Shown one piece after another: positions 1 through 9,895 of a DNA stretch of 24,000 nucleotides. Source of the stretch: Candidatus Marinarcus aquaticus. GTDB taxonomy: Bacteria > Campylobacterota > Campylobacteria > Campylobacterales > Arcobacteraceae. A model generated the notes under the pieces. The model searched no databases. It was not told the origin of the DNA and saw only the letters and a list, made by a program, of their open reading frames with translations. The translations under genes were made by a program, and so were the position numbers. Within the stretch, counting starts at the first letter, position 1. Every line of letters starts with the position of its first letter. The stretch lies in assembly GCF_004116335.1 (NCBI RefSeq), contig NZ_PDKN01000008.1, positions 75,288 through 99,287 of the forward strand, in the 5' to 3' direction.

Positions 1-3000
1 CACAATGGCGATTGGCTCAACCATTCAGAGCGATTGCACACAATGGTGAGATCAACTCAATTAATGCCAACAGATTTAATACAGTTGTAAAGAGCGAACA
101 AATTAAATCCGACGTTTTCACCGATGGAGAGATTCAACGATTGTTACCTATTTTACAAACAGGAAGCTCTGATTCAGCATCATTAGATAATTTGTTTGAG
201 TTTATGATTGTTAATGGTGTGGATTTCTTTAAAGCTGCACGTGCATTAATTCCTGCACCATGGCAAAATGCCCCTCATATGGACTCAGATTTACGAGCAT
301 TTTATGAGTATACCTCTACAGCAATGGAAGCATGGGATGGACCAGCAGCCGTATCATTAACTGATGGTCGGCACATTGGTTGTTTGATTGACCGAAACGG
401 TTTGCGACCATCAAAATATGTCATAACTAAACAAGATAAATTGTACATTACTTCTGAGTATGGAACGCTTGATTTAAATGAAGAAGATATCATTGAACGA
501 GGTCGATTACAATCGGGTCAAATGATGGGACTTGATTTAAAACATGGTCAAGTATTAAAAGAAGAAGACATCAATGATTACTTAAAATCATCTCAAAAAT
601 ATACTGAGTGGTTGAATAAAGACATGCAATATCTGCAAGAGTTTATTGATGAATCATTTATGAACACTGAAGAGTATAAATTTGAAAGTTTAGAAAAAAA
701 ACAAAAGCTGTTTAATATCACATATGAAGTGATTGACCAAGTGATTGAACCAATGGCAAAAGATGGAAAAGAACCAGTTGGATCAATGGGAGATGACACA
801 CCTTTAGCAGCATTTTCACAAGCCAACAGAAACTTTACAGATTTTTTCAGACAAAAATTTGCTCAAGTAACTAACCCTCCAATTGACCCATACAGAGAAA
901 AATTGGTGATGTCTTTAGAGACAGGTTTTGGTAAAGTGCACAATATCTTAAATGAAAAACCAGAGTATGCACGACGACTTAAATCTTCAAGTCCAATCTT
1001 GATGAAAGAAAAGTTTGATGTTTTAAAATCGTTTGGTGATGAAAAAAATCCACGATACGATGAATTCTTTCGAAATAAAACATTCTCTACGGTGTTTACG
1101 AAAGATTTAAGAGCATCATTAAAAGCATTAGCTGATTCAGTAATTGATGCAGTTAAAAATGAAGACATCTCTATTGTTATTTTAGATGACCGAGAAGTGA
1201 ATGAGACCTGTAAACTGATTCCAATGGCAATGGCTGTGGGGTATGTGAATCAATCATTGTTAAAAGCAGGTATCCGACACAATGTTTCAATTGTATGTGT
1301 AACAGGGGAAGTGTATGACCCACACATGGCTGCAGTATTGATTGGATTTGGATGTACTGCAATGTACCCATACATGATGTTTGCTACTACGGTTGCTTTA
1401 TATGAGAGAAAAGAGATCTCTAAATTTAAAATGCAACGAGTCTTAAAAAATACACAAAAAGCAGTGAATGCGGGTATTCTAAAAATCATGTCAAAAATGG
1501 GTATTGCTACGATTGCGTCGTACAGAAACTCAGCGCTGTTTGATGTTATTGGATTAAGTGATGAAATCGTTGAAGAGTGTTTCAATGGAGCGTACAGTGA
1601 TTTATGTGGTTTAACGTATGAAGACATTGAAAAACGAATTGAAAAAACACACTTCAATGCGTATTATGAACAAAAACATATGTTCCCGCTTGACTTGGGT
1701 GGATTTTATAAATATATTGATGGTGGAGAATACCATGATTATGGTCCAGCAACAACACGAGCAATGCATAACAAACAAGCCATTGAAAAAGAGGACATCA
1801 CAGATTTTGATGGTTTAAGAGAGCTTGTTCAAACAAGAGATAAAAAATTTATTCGAGATTTCTTTGAGTTTAACTCTGACAGAGATCCAATCAATGTAGA
1901 TGATGTTGAATCAAAAGAGGATATTTTCAAACGATTCGCAACTGCAGCGATGTCTTGTGGTTCTATTTCACCAGAAGCGCACGAAGCAATGGCGATTGCT
2001 ATGAATACCATTGGTGGTATGAGTAACTCAGGTGAGGGTGGAGAAGACCCAGCACGATTTGGAACATTGAAAAACTCTAAGATCAAACAAGTCGCTTCAG
2101 GGCGATTTGGGGTAACTCCAGGATATTTAAGAAGTGCAGAAGAGATCCAAATTAAAGTTGCTCAAGGGGCTAAACCAGGTGAGGGTGGACAGTTACCAGG
2201 TCATAAAGTAACACCACTGATTGCAACTTTAAGACATACAGTTGAAGGGGTTACACTGATTTCACCTCCGCCGCACCATGACATTTACTCGATTGAAGAT
2301 TTGGCGCAGTTGATTTTTGACTTAAAACAGATTAACCCTGAAGCTAAAATTACTGTAAAATTGGTATCAACCATTGGTGTTGGTACGATTGCAGCGGGTG
2401 TGGCCAAGGCCTATGCAGATAGAATTGTCATTTCTGGAAGTGATGGTGGTACAGGTGCTGCACCATTAACATCCATCAAACACACAGGTAACCCTTGGGA
2501 GCTTGGTCTTTCTGAAGCACATAATGCACTCAAAGCAAACCACTTAAGAGAGTTTGTCCATGTACAAACAGATGGTGGTTTAAAAACAGGTCTGGATGTG
2601 GTTAAAGCAGCGCTTCTTGGAGCAGAGTCGTATGCTTTTGGTACAGCGGCATTGACATTATTGGGATGTAAAATTTTAAGAATTTGTCATACAAACAAAT
2701 GTTCTGTTGGTGTTGCTACGCAAGATGAGTTTTTACGAGAGCACTTTAACGGTACCGTTGAACGATTGATTTCATACTTTGATTTTATTGCAAACGATGT
2801 ACGACATATCTTGGCGCAACTGGGATACAAAACAATCGAAGAGATTGTAGGTCGAAGTGATTTATTAAAAGTTATTAATGATGAGTTTGCACAAAAATTT
2901 GATTTCTCAAATGTATTACGACGTGTGGATGGTATTGATACCTGTCAAAAAGAGTCAAATCTGCCTTTTGATGACAACAAGTTTGAAAAAGAGTTGCTTA

Positions 3001-3773
3001 AAAAAGTACACCGAACAATTGAAAAACCAAACAGTACGATTAAATTAACTGAAACCATCAGTAACATCAACAGAAGTTTTGGTACGCTAATCTCAGGTGA
3101 AATTGCGAAGTATTATGGAGATTGTGGTCTTCCTGATAACTCTATTACCATCAACCTTACAGGTATTGCAGGTCAATCGTTCGGAGCATTGTTATCTAAA
3201 GGGATGAACCTTTACTTAAATGGATCTGGGAATGATTACGTGGGTAAAGGGATGAATGGTGGTAAAATCATTATTAACCCAATGCACCAAGGTGAAAAAT
3301 TTGGTGGTGCAGGTAATACGTGTCTGTATGGAGCTACGGGTGGTAAACTTTATGTTCGAGCAGCTGTGGGTGAACGATTTGCCGTACGTAACTCTGGAGC
3401 AACGGCCGTTGTTGAAGGTACAGGAGATAACGCGTGTGAGTATATGACAGGTGGTATCGTTGCTATTTTAGGTCGAACGGGTGTAAACTTTGGTGCAGGT
3501 ATGACAGGTGGTTTATCTTTTGTTTATGACGAAGATAAAATGTTTGTTGATAAAATGAACCAAGAGTTAATCGAAGCCGTACGAATTGATACCGATGATA
3601 CAGAGAGAGAAAGATTGTTCTTAAAACGATTATTAATAGATTATGTCAATGAAACTCAAAGTGAAAGAGCAATTGAAATTTTAGAGAATTTCCGATCGGA
3701 AATCAGAAACTTCTGGCTGGTAAAACCTAAAAATATGACGGTGTTACCATTGAATCCGGAAGAAGGAGATTAA
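1..3773 (+). CDS. gltB: Glutamate synthase large subunit (GltB), 5'-truncated by the window edge
   Basis: The frame is open from the window edge. Codons before the TTG at 12 read ..QWR-LAQPFR.., which continues the conserved GltB block 'LAQPFRxxAHNGEIN', so the TTG is not a real start. Conserved synthase/FMN-domain motifs are present: 'GGMSNSGEGGED', 'VAQGAKPGEGGQLPG', 'LISPPPHHDIYSIEDLAQLI', 'ISGSDGGTGAAP'. The Fe-S region 'CHTNKCSVGVATQD' and the C-terminal Gly-rich beta-helix 'GNDYVGKGMNGGKIII' are also present. The N-terminal part of the amidotransferase domain lies upstream of the window. Confidence 0.97.
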   Translation, partial: QWRLAQPFRAIAHNGEINSINANRFNTVVKSEQIKSDVFTDGEIQRLLPILQTGSSDSASLDNLFEFMIVNGVDFFKAARALIPAPWQNAPHMDSDLRAFYEYTSTAMEAWDGPAAVSLTDGRHIGCLIDRNGLRPSKYVITKQDKLYITSEYGTLDLNEEDIIERGRLQSGQMMGLDLKHGQVLKEEDINDYLKSSQKYTEWLNKDMQYLQEFIDESFMNTEEYKFESLEKKQKLFNITYEVIDQVIEPMAKDGKEPVGSMGDDTPLAAFSQANRNFTDFFRQKFAQVTNPPIDPYREKLVMSLETGFGKVHNILNEKPEYARRLKSSSPILMKEKFDVLKSFGDEKNPRYDEFFRNKTFSTVFTKDLRASLKALADSVIDAVKNEDISIVILDDREVNETCKLIPMAMAVGYVNQSLLKAGIRHNVSIVCVTGEVYDPHMAAVLIGFGCTAMYPYMMFATTVALYERKEISKFKMQRVLKNTQKAVNAGILKIMSKMGIATIASYRNSALFDVIGLSDEIVEECFNGAYSDLCGLTYEDIEKRIEKTHFNAYYEQKHMFPLDLGGFYKYIDGGEYHDYGPATTRAMHNKQAIEKEDITDFDGLRELVQTRDKKFIRDFFEFNSDRDPINVDDVESKEDIFKRFATAAMSCGSISPEAHEAMAIAMNTIGGMSNSGEGGEDPARFGTLKNSKIKQVASGRFGVTPGYLRSAEEIQIKVAQGAKPGEGGQLPGHKVTPLIATLRHTVEGVTLISPPPHHDIYSIEDLAQLIFDLKQINPEAKITVKLVSTIGVGTIAAGVAKAYADRIVISGSDGGTGAAPLTSIKHTGNPWELGLSEAHNALKANHLREFVHVQTDGGLKTGLDVVKAALLGAESYAFGTAALTLLGCKILRICHTNKCSVGVATQDEFLREHFNGTVERLISYFDFIANDVRHILAQLGYKTIEEIVGRSDLLKVINDEFAQKFDFSNVLRRVDGIDTCQKESNLPFDDNKFEKELLKKVHRTIEKPNSTIKLTETISNINRSFGTLISGEIAKYYGDCGLPDNSITINLTGIAGQSFGALLSKGMNLYLNGSGNDYVGKGMNGGKIIINPMHQGEKFGGAGNTCLYGATGGKLYVRAAVGERFAVRNSGATAVVEGTGDNACEYMTGGIVAILGRTGVNFGAGMTGGLSFVYDEDKMFVDKMNQELIEAVRIDTDDTERERLFLKRLLIDYVNETQSERAIEILENFRSEIRNFWLVKPKNMTVLPLNPEEGD

Positions 3774-3774
3774 T

Positions 3775-5148
3775 ATGTTAAACTTTACAAATATTGATAG
3801 AGCCACTCCAAATAAACGAAACGTTTTAGAGAGAATTAAAGATTATGACGAAGTATATGAAGTATTTGGTCGAAACAAGAGTAAAGAGCAAGCAGACCGA
3901 TGTATGCAGTGTGGAGACCCATACTGCCACTCAAAGTGTCCATTGCATAACTTTATCCCTGCTTGGTTAAAACAACGAGCAGAAGACAATTTAGAGTTGG
4001 CATTTGCTTTGTCAAATGAACCATCTCCATTCCCAGAAATTTTAGGAAAAATTTGTCCTCATGACGTATTGTGTGAAGGTGCATGTTCACTTAACACAGG
4101 TCATGGTGCGGTTGCCATTGGTGCAGTAGAAGCACACATCAATGAAAAAGCATTTGCAGCAGGTATGACACCGAAGTTTCCAGGAGTTACAAGCGATAAA
4201 AAAGTGGCGGTGATAGGTTCAGGACCTTCTGGGATTTCAGCGGCGACTTTTCTTTTAAGAAAAGGAATCAAAGTTGAACTGTTTGAACGAGCTGACAGAG
4301 CGGGTGGACTGTTAACATATGGTATTCCTGGATTTAAACTGGACAAAAATGCGGTTGACAGAAGAATCAAGTGGTTACAAGAGGCAGGAATGACACTTCA
4401 CTTAAATTGTGAAATTGGAAAAGATAAAACATTTAAAGAGTTAGAATCAGAGTTCGATGCGATTTATTTAGGAATAGGTGCTACAAAAAGTAACTATGCA
4501 AAAATCGAGGGTGAAGATGCCAAAGACGTTCACTTAGCAATTGACTTTTTAACGGGAATTCAAAAACGAAACTTTGGCGCTAAACCTAAAAATTTTGTGG
4601 ATGTAAAAGATAAAAACGTTTTAGTTATTGGTGGTGGAGATACTGCTATGGACTGTGTACGAAGCTCTGTAAGAGAGGGCGCAGCAAGCGTTAAATGTCT
4701 TTATCGACGAGATGAGTCAAACATGCCAGGAAGTAAAAAAGAGGTAGTGAACTCAAAAGAAGAGGGTGTTGAATTTATGTTTAATGTCAGCCCTAAAGCC
4801 ATTAAAGTTGAAAAAGGCCAAGTCGTTGGTGTAGAACTTTTACGAACAGCCATGAGTGAACCCGATGAATCTGGACGACAAAGAGTTGAAGTCATTAAAG
4901 ACAGCGATTTTATTGAAGATGCTGATGTGGTTATCTTAGCTTTAGGATTCTCTCCTGAAGTACCTGCATTTTTAGCTGAAGCAAAGGTTGAAACCAATGC
5001 TTGGGGTGGAATTGTAACTAATAACTTTAAGACATCAAACCCAAAAATTTATGCGGGTGGTGATTGTCAACGAGGTGCACACTTAGCTGTAACTGCTGCA
5101 GCTGATGGACGAGATGCTGCTGCAGAGATTGTAAAGCAACTCTCTTAG
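3775..5148 (+). CDS. gltD: Glutamate synthase small subunit (GltD), NAD(P)H-dependent
   Basis: 457 aa, starting 1 nt after the gltB stop. N-terminal Fe-S Cys clusters 'CMQCGDPYCHSKCP' and 'CPHDVLCEGAC' are present, as are two dinucleotide-binding folds 'VAVIGSGPSGISAA' and 'VLVIGGGDTAMDC'. The gltB-gltD pairing is canonical. Confidence 0.96.
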   Translation: MLNFTNIDRATPNKRNVLERIKDYDEVYEVFGRNKSKEQADRCMQCGDPYCHSKCPLHNFIPAWLKQRAEDNLELAFALSNEPSPFPEILGKICPHDVLCEGACSLNTGHGAVAIGAVEAHINEKAFAAGMTPKFPGVTSDKKVAVIGSGPSGISAATFLLRKGIKVELFERADRAGGLLTYGIPGFKLDKNAVDRRIKWLQEAGMTLHLNCEIGKDKTFKELESEFDAIYLGIGATKSNYAKIEGEDAKDVHLAIDFLTGIQKRNFGAKPKNFVDVKDKNVLVIGGGDTAMDCVRSSVREGAASVKCLYRRDESNMPGSKKEVVNSKEEGVEFMFNVSPKAIKVEKGQVVGVELLRTAMSEPDESGRQRVEVIKDSDFIEDADVVILALGFSPEVPAFLAEAKVETNAWGGIVTNNFKTSNPKIYAGGDCQRGAHLAVTAAADGRDAAAEIVKQLS

Positions 5149-5150
5149 TC

Positions 5151-5873
5151 ATGAATGCTTTTATTCAAGCATGTATAAAAGCAAATCAAGAGTTATATGA
5201 GTATATCACCACTCATATAACTCAAGCAGACTACACTTACTCCAATACTATTGGAGAGGGTGGTGATAACTCCTTAAACATGGATTTAAAAGCAGAATCC
5301 ATTTTTGTAAAACATCTTCAATCTTTTGGTACGATTTATTCTGAAGAGTCTGGAACAATTCCTTCCTCAACAGACAATGAATACACAATTATTATAGACC
5401 CACTTGATGGCAGTGATAATTTTACTTCAGGTCTGCCTTATTATGGGACCTCAGTCGCACTTAAACAGCACAATGAAGTTGTCGCAGGAGTCGTGTGTAA
5501 TTTAGTCAGTGGTGAACTTGTTTACAGAACCGATGGTAAAGCCAACTTCATACATTTGTTTAATTCTTCTTATGTGTTTCATGATTACACACAACCAAAA
5601 CTGGCACTTTTTGAACGTTGTTACAAGTTTCCAAAGCTGTGTCAAACGTTGTATGACCACAGTATAAAATACAGAAGTCCAGGTGCCGTTGCACTCTCAC
5701 TTGCTTATGCACACAAATATGACTTTGTTTTGTTTGCAGGGCCTATGAGAAGCTTTGATTTGGATGCCGCTTTACATATTTGTAAACCCCTATATATCTA
5801 CCAAAATAACGAAATTTTGCTCGTTTGCAAAAATTACAAAAAATTTGAAACAATTAAAGAATTATTAAACTAG
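5151..5873 (+). CDS. Inositol monophosphatase / CysQ (3'(2'),5'-bisphosphate nucleotidase) family protein
   Basis: 240 aa. IMPase-family metal-binding motifs are present: 'YSEESG', 'IIDPLDGSDNF' (the DPxDG[ST] motif) and a C-terminal 'FDLDAALHI' (the WDxAAG-like motif). Substrate specificity cannot be read from the sequence. Confidence 0.8.
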   Translation: MNAFIQACIKANQELYEYITTHITQADYTYSNTIGEGGDNSLNMDLKAESIFVKHLQSFGTIYSEESGTIPSSTDNEYTIIIDPLDGSDNFTSGLPYYGTSVALKQHNEVVAGVVCNLVSGELVYRTDGKANFIHLFNSSYVFHDYTQPKLALFERCYKFPKLCQTLYDHSIKYRSPGAVALSLAYAHKYDFVLFAGPMRSFDLDAALHICKPLYIYQNNEILLVCKNYKKFETIKELLN

Positions 5874-5898
5874 ATTTGGTTATAAATCGAGTTAATAA

Positions 5899-6173
<275 letters not shown>

Positions 6174-6174
<1 letters not shown>

Positions 6175-7643
6175 TGGCAAAAATTACAACTGTTATAGAC
6201 ATTGGGTCCAACTCAATGCGTATGGTTGTATTTGAAAAAAGCAGTCGTTTCGCTTTTCATCTTTTAAATGAAACCAAAAGTCGAGTCAAAATCTCAGAAG
6301 GGTGTTATGAAAACAATGGAAACTTACAACCCGTACCGATGCAAAGAGCTTTTGACTCTCTAAAATCCTTTTTACAAATCTCCAAATCTTTAAAATCAAG
6401 AAAAATCTTGTGTGTGGCAACGTCTGCACTTCGTGATGCACCCAACTCAAAAGAGTTTTTAAACCGTGTTAAAAATGAGTTAAAGCTCAATATAAAAATC
6501 ATCAATGGTGAAAAAGAGGCCTATTATGGTGGAACAGCAGCAGTGAATTTGTTGCATCAAAATGAGTTCGTAACGATTGATATTGGTGGGGGTTCTACAG
6601 AGTTTTGCTTTATTAAAGAGGGAAAAATCCAAGACAGCGTATCACTGAATATTGGTACAGTTCGAATGAAAGAGCTTTTTTTCACTAAAAATGACCGAAA
6701 AGGGGCGAAAGAGTACATCTTAAAAGAGATGGATAAACTCTTTATTCGTAACAACGAAGTGCCTTCAACGGCTGTTGGCATTGGTGGAACCATCAGAGCT
6801 TTAAGTAAAACCATCATGAACCTCACAGAGTATCCTTTGGATGTGTTGCATGGATTTACGTATAAGTATGAGAAGCACCAATCGCTGTTTAAAAAAATCA
6901 TTGAAGCTGAAGATACCGATACATTAAAAGAGCTCAGTATCAAAAAAGATCGTTTTGACACCATTTGTGAAGGGACGTTTATCTTTGATACGATTTTAAA
7001 AGAGTTGGAAATCAAACGTGTAATTACTTCTGGAGTTGGTGTAAGAGAAGGTGTTTACTTAACCGACCTTTTACGAACTTCAAATTACCGATTTCCTGCA
7101 AACTTTAACCCAAGTGTTAAAAGCTTGCTTGACCGATATGAACTTAACTCAAAGCAGACTGCTTATTTTGGGAATAATGCTGCAAAAATCTTTGATGTAT
7201 TAAAGCCCATGCATAATCTGGATGAGAAGTATAAAGTTTTTTTAATCATTGCTTCAAAGCTTCACTCTATAGGAAATACGATTAACTTCTATAAATCAAA
7301 TGATAATACATTTGATTTTATCCTCAATGGTTTAAGTTATGATTTTTTACACACTTCAAGAGTGATTGTGGCACATATTATTAAGTTCTCTAAAAAGACC
7401 TTGCCCAAGCAAAAAGATATCGCTGCATATGAAGAGTTATTGCCTTCATTAGAAGATTTGCAGTGGCTCAGTTTTATGATCAGTTTGAACCTCAGTTTGA
7501 ACCAAGACTACTCTCGAACAAAATATGAGTATATTTTAAACTCAAATGCTTTGATTATTAAAGCAGATGAAATCTCTTATTTAGTACAATCTACCTTAGA
7601 TAAAATAGAATTACCAAGCAATTTAGAACTAAAGTTATTATGA
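6174..7643 (+). CDS. ppx: Ppx/GppA family phosphatase (exopolyphosphatase / guanosine pentaphosphate phosphohydrolase)
   Basis: 489 aa. ASKHA-fold phosphate-binding motifs 'VIDIGSNSMRMVVFE' and 'TIDIGGGSTEF' are present, and the length is right for the family. The start overlaps the ferredoxin stop (TAATG). Confidence 0.9.
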
Positions 7644-8656
7644 TACAAATAAATCGATTAGCGATTGTAAAGCTATCGGCCATGGGTGACATCATCCATG
7701 CGATGGTGGCATTGCAATTTATAAAACAACACTATCCTCATATTGTTATTGATTGGATTGTAGAAGAGTCCTTTAAAGGGGTGCTTCAAAACCATCCGCA
7801 TATCAATGCTGTCTATACGCTCAACCTAAAAAGTATTAAAAAAAACAGACGAAAAATCTTTGAAGAGATAAAAAAAGTACGCAGTTACGCCAAACAAGAG
7901 TATGATTTGGTCATTGATGCCCAAGGCTTGATTAAATCGGCCATTGTTTCAAAGCTTTTAGGTAAAAAAGTGGCAGGTTTTTCAAAACACTCAACACGAG
8001 AAGGGTTTGCAAGTTTCTTTTACAACACAAAAATAGAGATAGCATACGATAAAAATGTCATTGAGCGAAATGCAAAAGTTTTAAGTGAACCTCTTGGCTT
8101 TGAAATCACAACTGAGCAACTTCATAATAAAGAGCCGTTTTTATATTTTGAACCTTCACAAAAAGTGGATGATTTGATTGAAAAAGAGAGTAAAACAGTG
8201 CTGTTTGTCATAGGTGCAAGCTGGCCAAGTAAAATGTACTCTAAAGAAAAATTTGTTAAAATCATTAACACTATTAAAGAGAATTGTTATGTGATTTGGG
8301 GAAGTGAAGAGGAGAAAAAGATTGCACTGTATATTGCCAGTCAATCGTGTGCAAAAGTGGCACCTAAACTCAGCCTTGATGAACTTAAAGCATTGATTTC
8401 AAAAGCAGATTTACTCATAGGAAATGATACGGGGCCAACTCATATGGCTTGGGCATTGAACCGGCCTTCCATTACGCTTTTTGGAAATACCCCAGGATAC
8501 AGAAATACATACACAACAACGATTAACAGAGTGATTGAATCACACAGTGTTGTGAATCCATTTAAACTTAAAAAAGATGATTTCTCTATCAATGAAATTG
8601 ATGAAGAAGCGGTTATTACCATGGCAAAAGGACTGTTAAGTGAAGACGTACTTTAG
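7640..8656 (+). CDS. waaC: Lipopolysaccharide heptosyltransferase I (GT9)
   Basis: 338 aa. GT9 signatures are present: 'KLSAMGDIIHAMVAL', 'DAQGLIKSA' and 'GNDTGPTHMAWAL'. It is followed by a lipid A late acyltransferase, as in Campylobacter LOS loci. There is an ATGA overlap with ppx. The choice between heptosyltransferase I and II is inferred from context. Confidence 0.85.
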   Translation: MIQINRLAIVKLSAMGDIIHAMVALQFIKQHYPHIVIDWIVEESFKGVLQNHPHINAVYTLNLKSIKKNRRKIFEEIKKVRSYAKQEYDLVIDAQGLIKSAIVSKLLGKKVAGFSKHSTREGFASFFYNTKIEIAYDKNVIERNAKVLSEPLGFEITTEQLHNKEPFLYFEPSQKVDDLIEKESKTVLFVIGASWPSKMYSKEKFVKIINTIKENCYVIWGSEEEKKIALYIASQSCAKVAPKLSLDELKALISKADLLIGNDTGPTHMAWALNRPSITLFGNTPGYRNTYTTTINRVIESHSVVNPFKLKKDDFSINEIDEEAVITMAKGLLSEDVL

Positions 8657-9536
8657 ATACTATTTATACCAAGTGCTTAAAGTGCTTTTTTTAATTACTC
8701 CCAATTTTATACTCAAATATATGCTCATAGGTATTGCAAAGCTTGCAAGCAAGTTCAACAAAGAGCACATTCATATTGCTCAAGTGAATTTGGATTTGGT
8801 TTATGGTGACACCATGCCACAAGAGCAAAAAGAGAAGATTATTTATGCTTCATATAAATCATTGCTGTTTAATATGTATGAATTTATTGAAAATCAATCA
8901 ATCTCTAAAGAGAAACTTTTAGCCAAAGCAAGCATTGAAAATGAACAAGTAATTTTAGATGCTTTAAAAAACAATCGTAAAATCATCTTTGTAACAGCAC
9001 ACTATGGTGGATGGGAACTTGCAATTCCTTATGTGGCTTTAAAGTATGGAACGCTTGCCGTTGTAAATCGTAAGATGGATAACCCTTTGATTAATGATAT
9101 GTATGTTAAAGCCAGAGACAGAAACAATATCATCATGCTTGAGAAAAAAGTGGCTGCCAAAGGGATGTTAAAAGCATTTAAGCAAGGACAGTTTGTCGCA
9201 GTTGCTATTGACCAACACATGAAAAATGGGGTTGAGATAGAGTTCTTTGGTAAAAAAGTAATGGCCACAGATGCCACTGCACGTTTGGCCTTGAAGTTTG
9301 ATGCGGTTATTATACCTCTGTTTGCTCAATGTAATGATTTACGAGATTATACAATAAAAGTTCATGATGCTTTAGATGCAACAAAGATTGAGTTTAAAAC
9401 CGACGATCCCATCAAAGAGCTGACACAAATGCAAGCAGATGTAATCGAAAAACAGATTAAGCAGCGACCAGAATTCTGGTTTTGGCAACATAAACGTTGG
9501 AAAAAATATTATAAAGATTTATACAAAAGAGACTAA
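8640..9536 (+). CDS. lpxL: Lipid A biosynthesis late (lauroyl/myristoyl) acyltransferase, LpxL/HtrB/WaaM family
   Basis: 298 aa. It has an N-terminal hydrophobic anchor, the acyltransferase catalytic H(x4)E motif 'AHYGGWELA' and a C-terminal 'PEFWFWQHKRWK' block typical of the family. The GTG start at 8640 overlaps the waaC end by 17 nt. An ATG at 8721 is an alternative start. Confidence 0.88.
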   Translation: MKTYFRYYLYQVLKVLFLITPNFILKYMLIGIAKLASKFNKEHIHIAQVNLDLVYGDTMPQEQKEKIIYASYKSLLFNMYEFIENQSISKEKLLAKASIENEQVILDALKNNRKIIFVTAHYGGWELAIPYVALKYGTLAVVNRKMDNPLINDMYVKARDRNNIIMLEKKVAAKGMLKAFKQGQFVAVAIDQHMKNGVEIEFFGKKVMATDATARLALKFDAVIIPLFAQCNDLRDYTIKVHDALDATKIEFKTDDPIKELTQMQADVIEKQIKQRPEFWFWQHKRWKKYYKDLYKRD

Positions 9537-9538
9537 GT

Positions 9539-9895
9539 ATGAACAACAAACCTAAATATCACCTTTTTAAAAACACACAGTATGCGTTAAGTGGTTTAGT
9601 GCATGCACTTAAAACAGAGAGTTCATTTAAACTTGAGCTTTTATGTGCGGTGTTTATTATTGCAGGGATTATTCTTATCGATGCCTCACTAACTCAAAAG
9701 ATGATACTGCTTGTGACAGGTATCTTGGTTTTAATTGTGGAATTAATTAATTCAGCCATTGAAAATGTAGTGGATTTGGTTACGCTTGAAAAACACCCAT
9801 TGGCAAAAGCTGCAAAAGATATTGGTTCAACAGCGGTGATGTTCTCAATTGGTTTACATGCTGCATGTTGGATTTTGGTACTTTTATGGGCATGA
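9539..9895 (+). CDS. dgkA: Diacylglycerol kinase (small integral-membrane DgkA family)
   Basis: 118 aa and about 3 hydrophobic segments. It has the N-terminal amphipathic 'LFKNTQYALSGLVHALKTESSFKLE' and the conserved 'ELINSAIENVVDLV' and 'AKDIGSTAV' blocks characteristic of prokaryotic DgkA. Confidence 0.88.
   Translation: MNNKPKYHLFKNTQYALSGLVHALKTESSFKLELLCAVFIIAGIILIDASLTQKMILLVTGILVLIVELINSAIENVVDLVTLEKHPLAKAAKDIGSTAVMFSIGLHAACWILVLLWA

Noticed and set aside
12-14. TTG at position 12 as the gltB start codon (ORF-track start)
   Set aside because: The frame is open to the window edge, and the residues across it (..W-R-L-A-Q-P-F-R..) lie in the middle of a conserved GltB block. The gene is 5'-truncated rather than starting here.
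694-701. A8 tract in gltB, and T7 runs at 14398-14404 and 15324-15330, as slippage or frameshift sites
   Set aside because: The reading frames are intact across them. Short A/T runs are expected at this base composition.
302-2086. A series of minus-strand ORFs (302-493, 593-826, 863-1168, 1177-1371, 1250-1657, 1829-2086) and +-strand off-frame ORFs (1618-1818, 3256-3447) inside gltB
   Set aside because: All are fully nested in a strongly conserved gltB reading frame and have low-complexity, Ser/Phe/Ile-rich translations with no recognisable motifs. They are typical antisense or off-frame artefacts in AT-rich DNA.
4101-4997. Minus-strand ORFs 4101-4370 and 4701-4997 inside gltD
   Set aside because: They are nested antisense to a conserved gene, with no motifs and no RBS context.
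6305-7015. Minus-strand ORFs 6305-6505 and 6557-7015 (152 aa) inside ppx/gppA
   Set aside because: Despite its length, the 152-aa ORF is entirely antisense to a well-supported Ppx/GppA gene and its translation is low-complexity. It is not credible as an independent gene without expression data.
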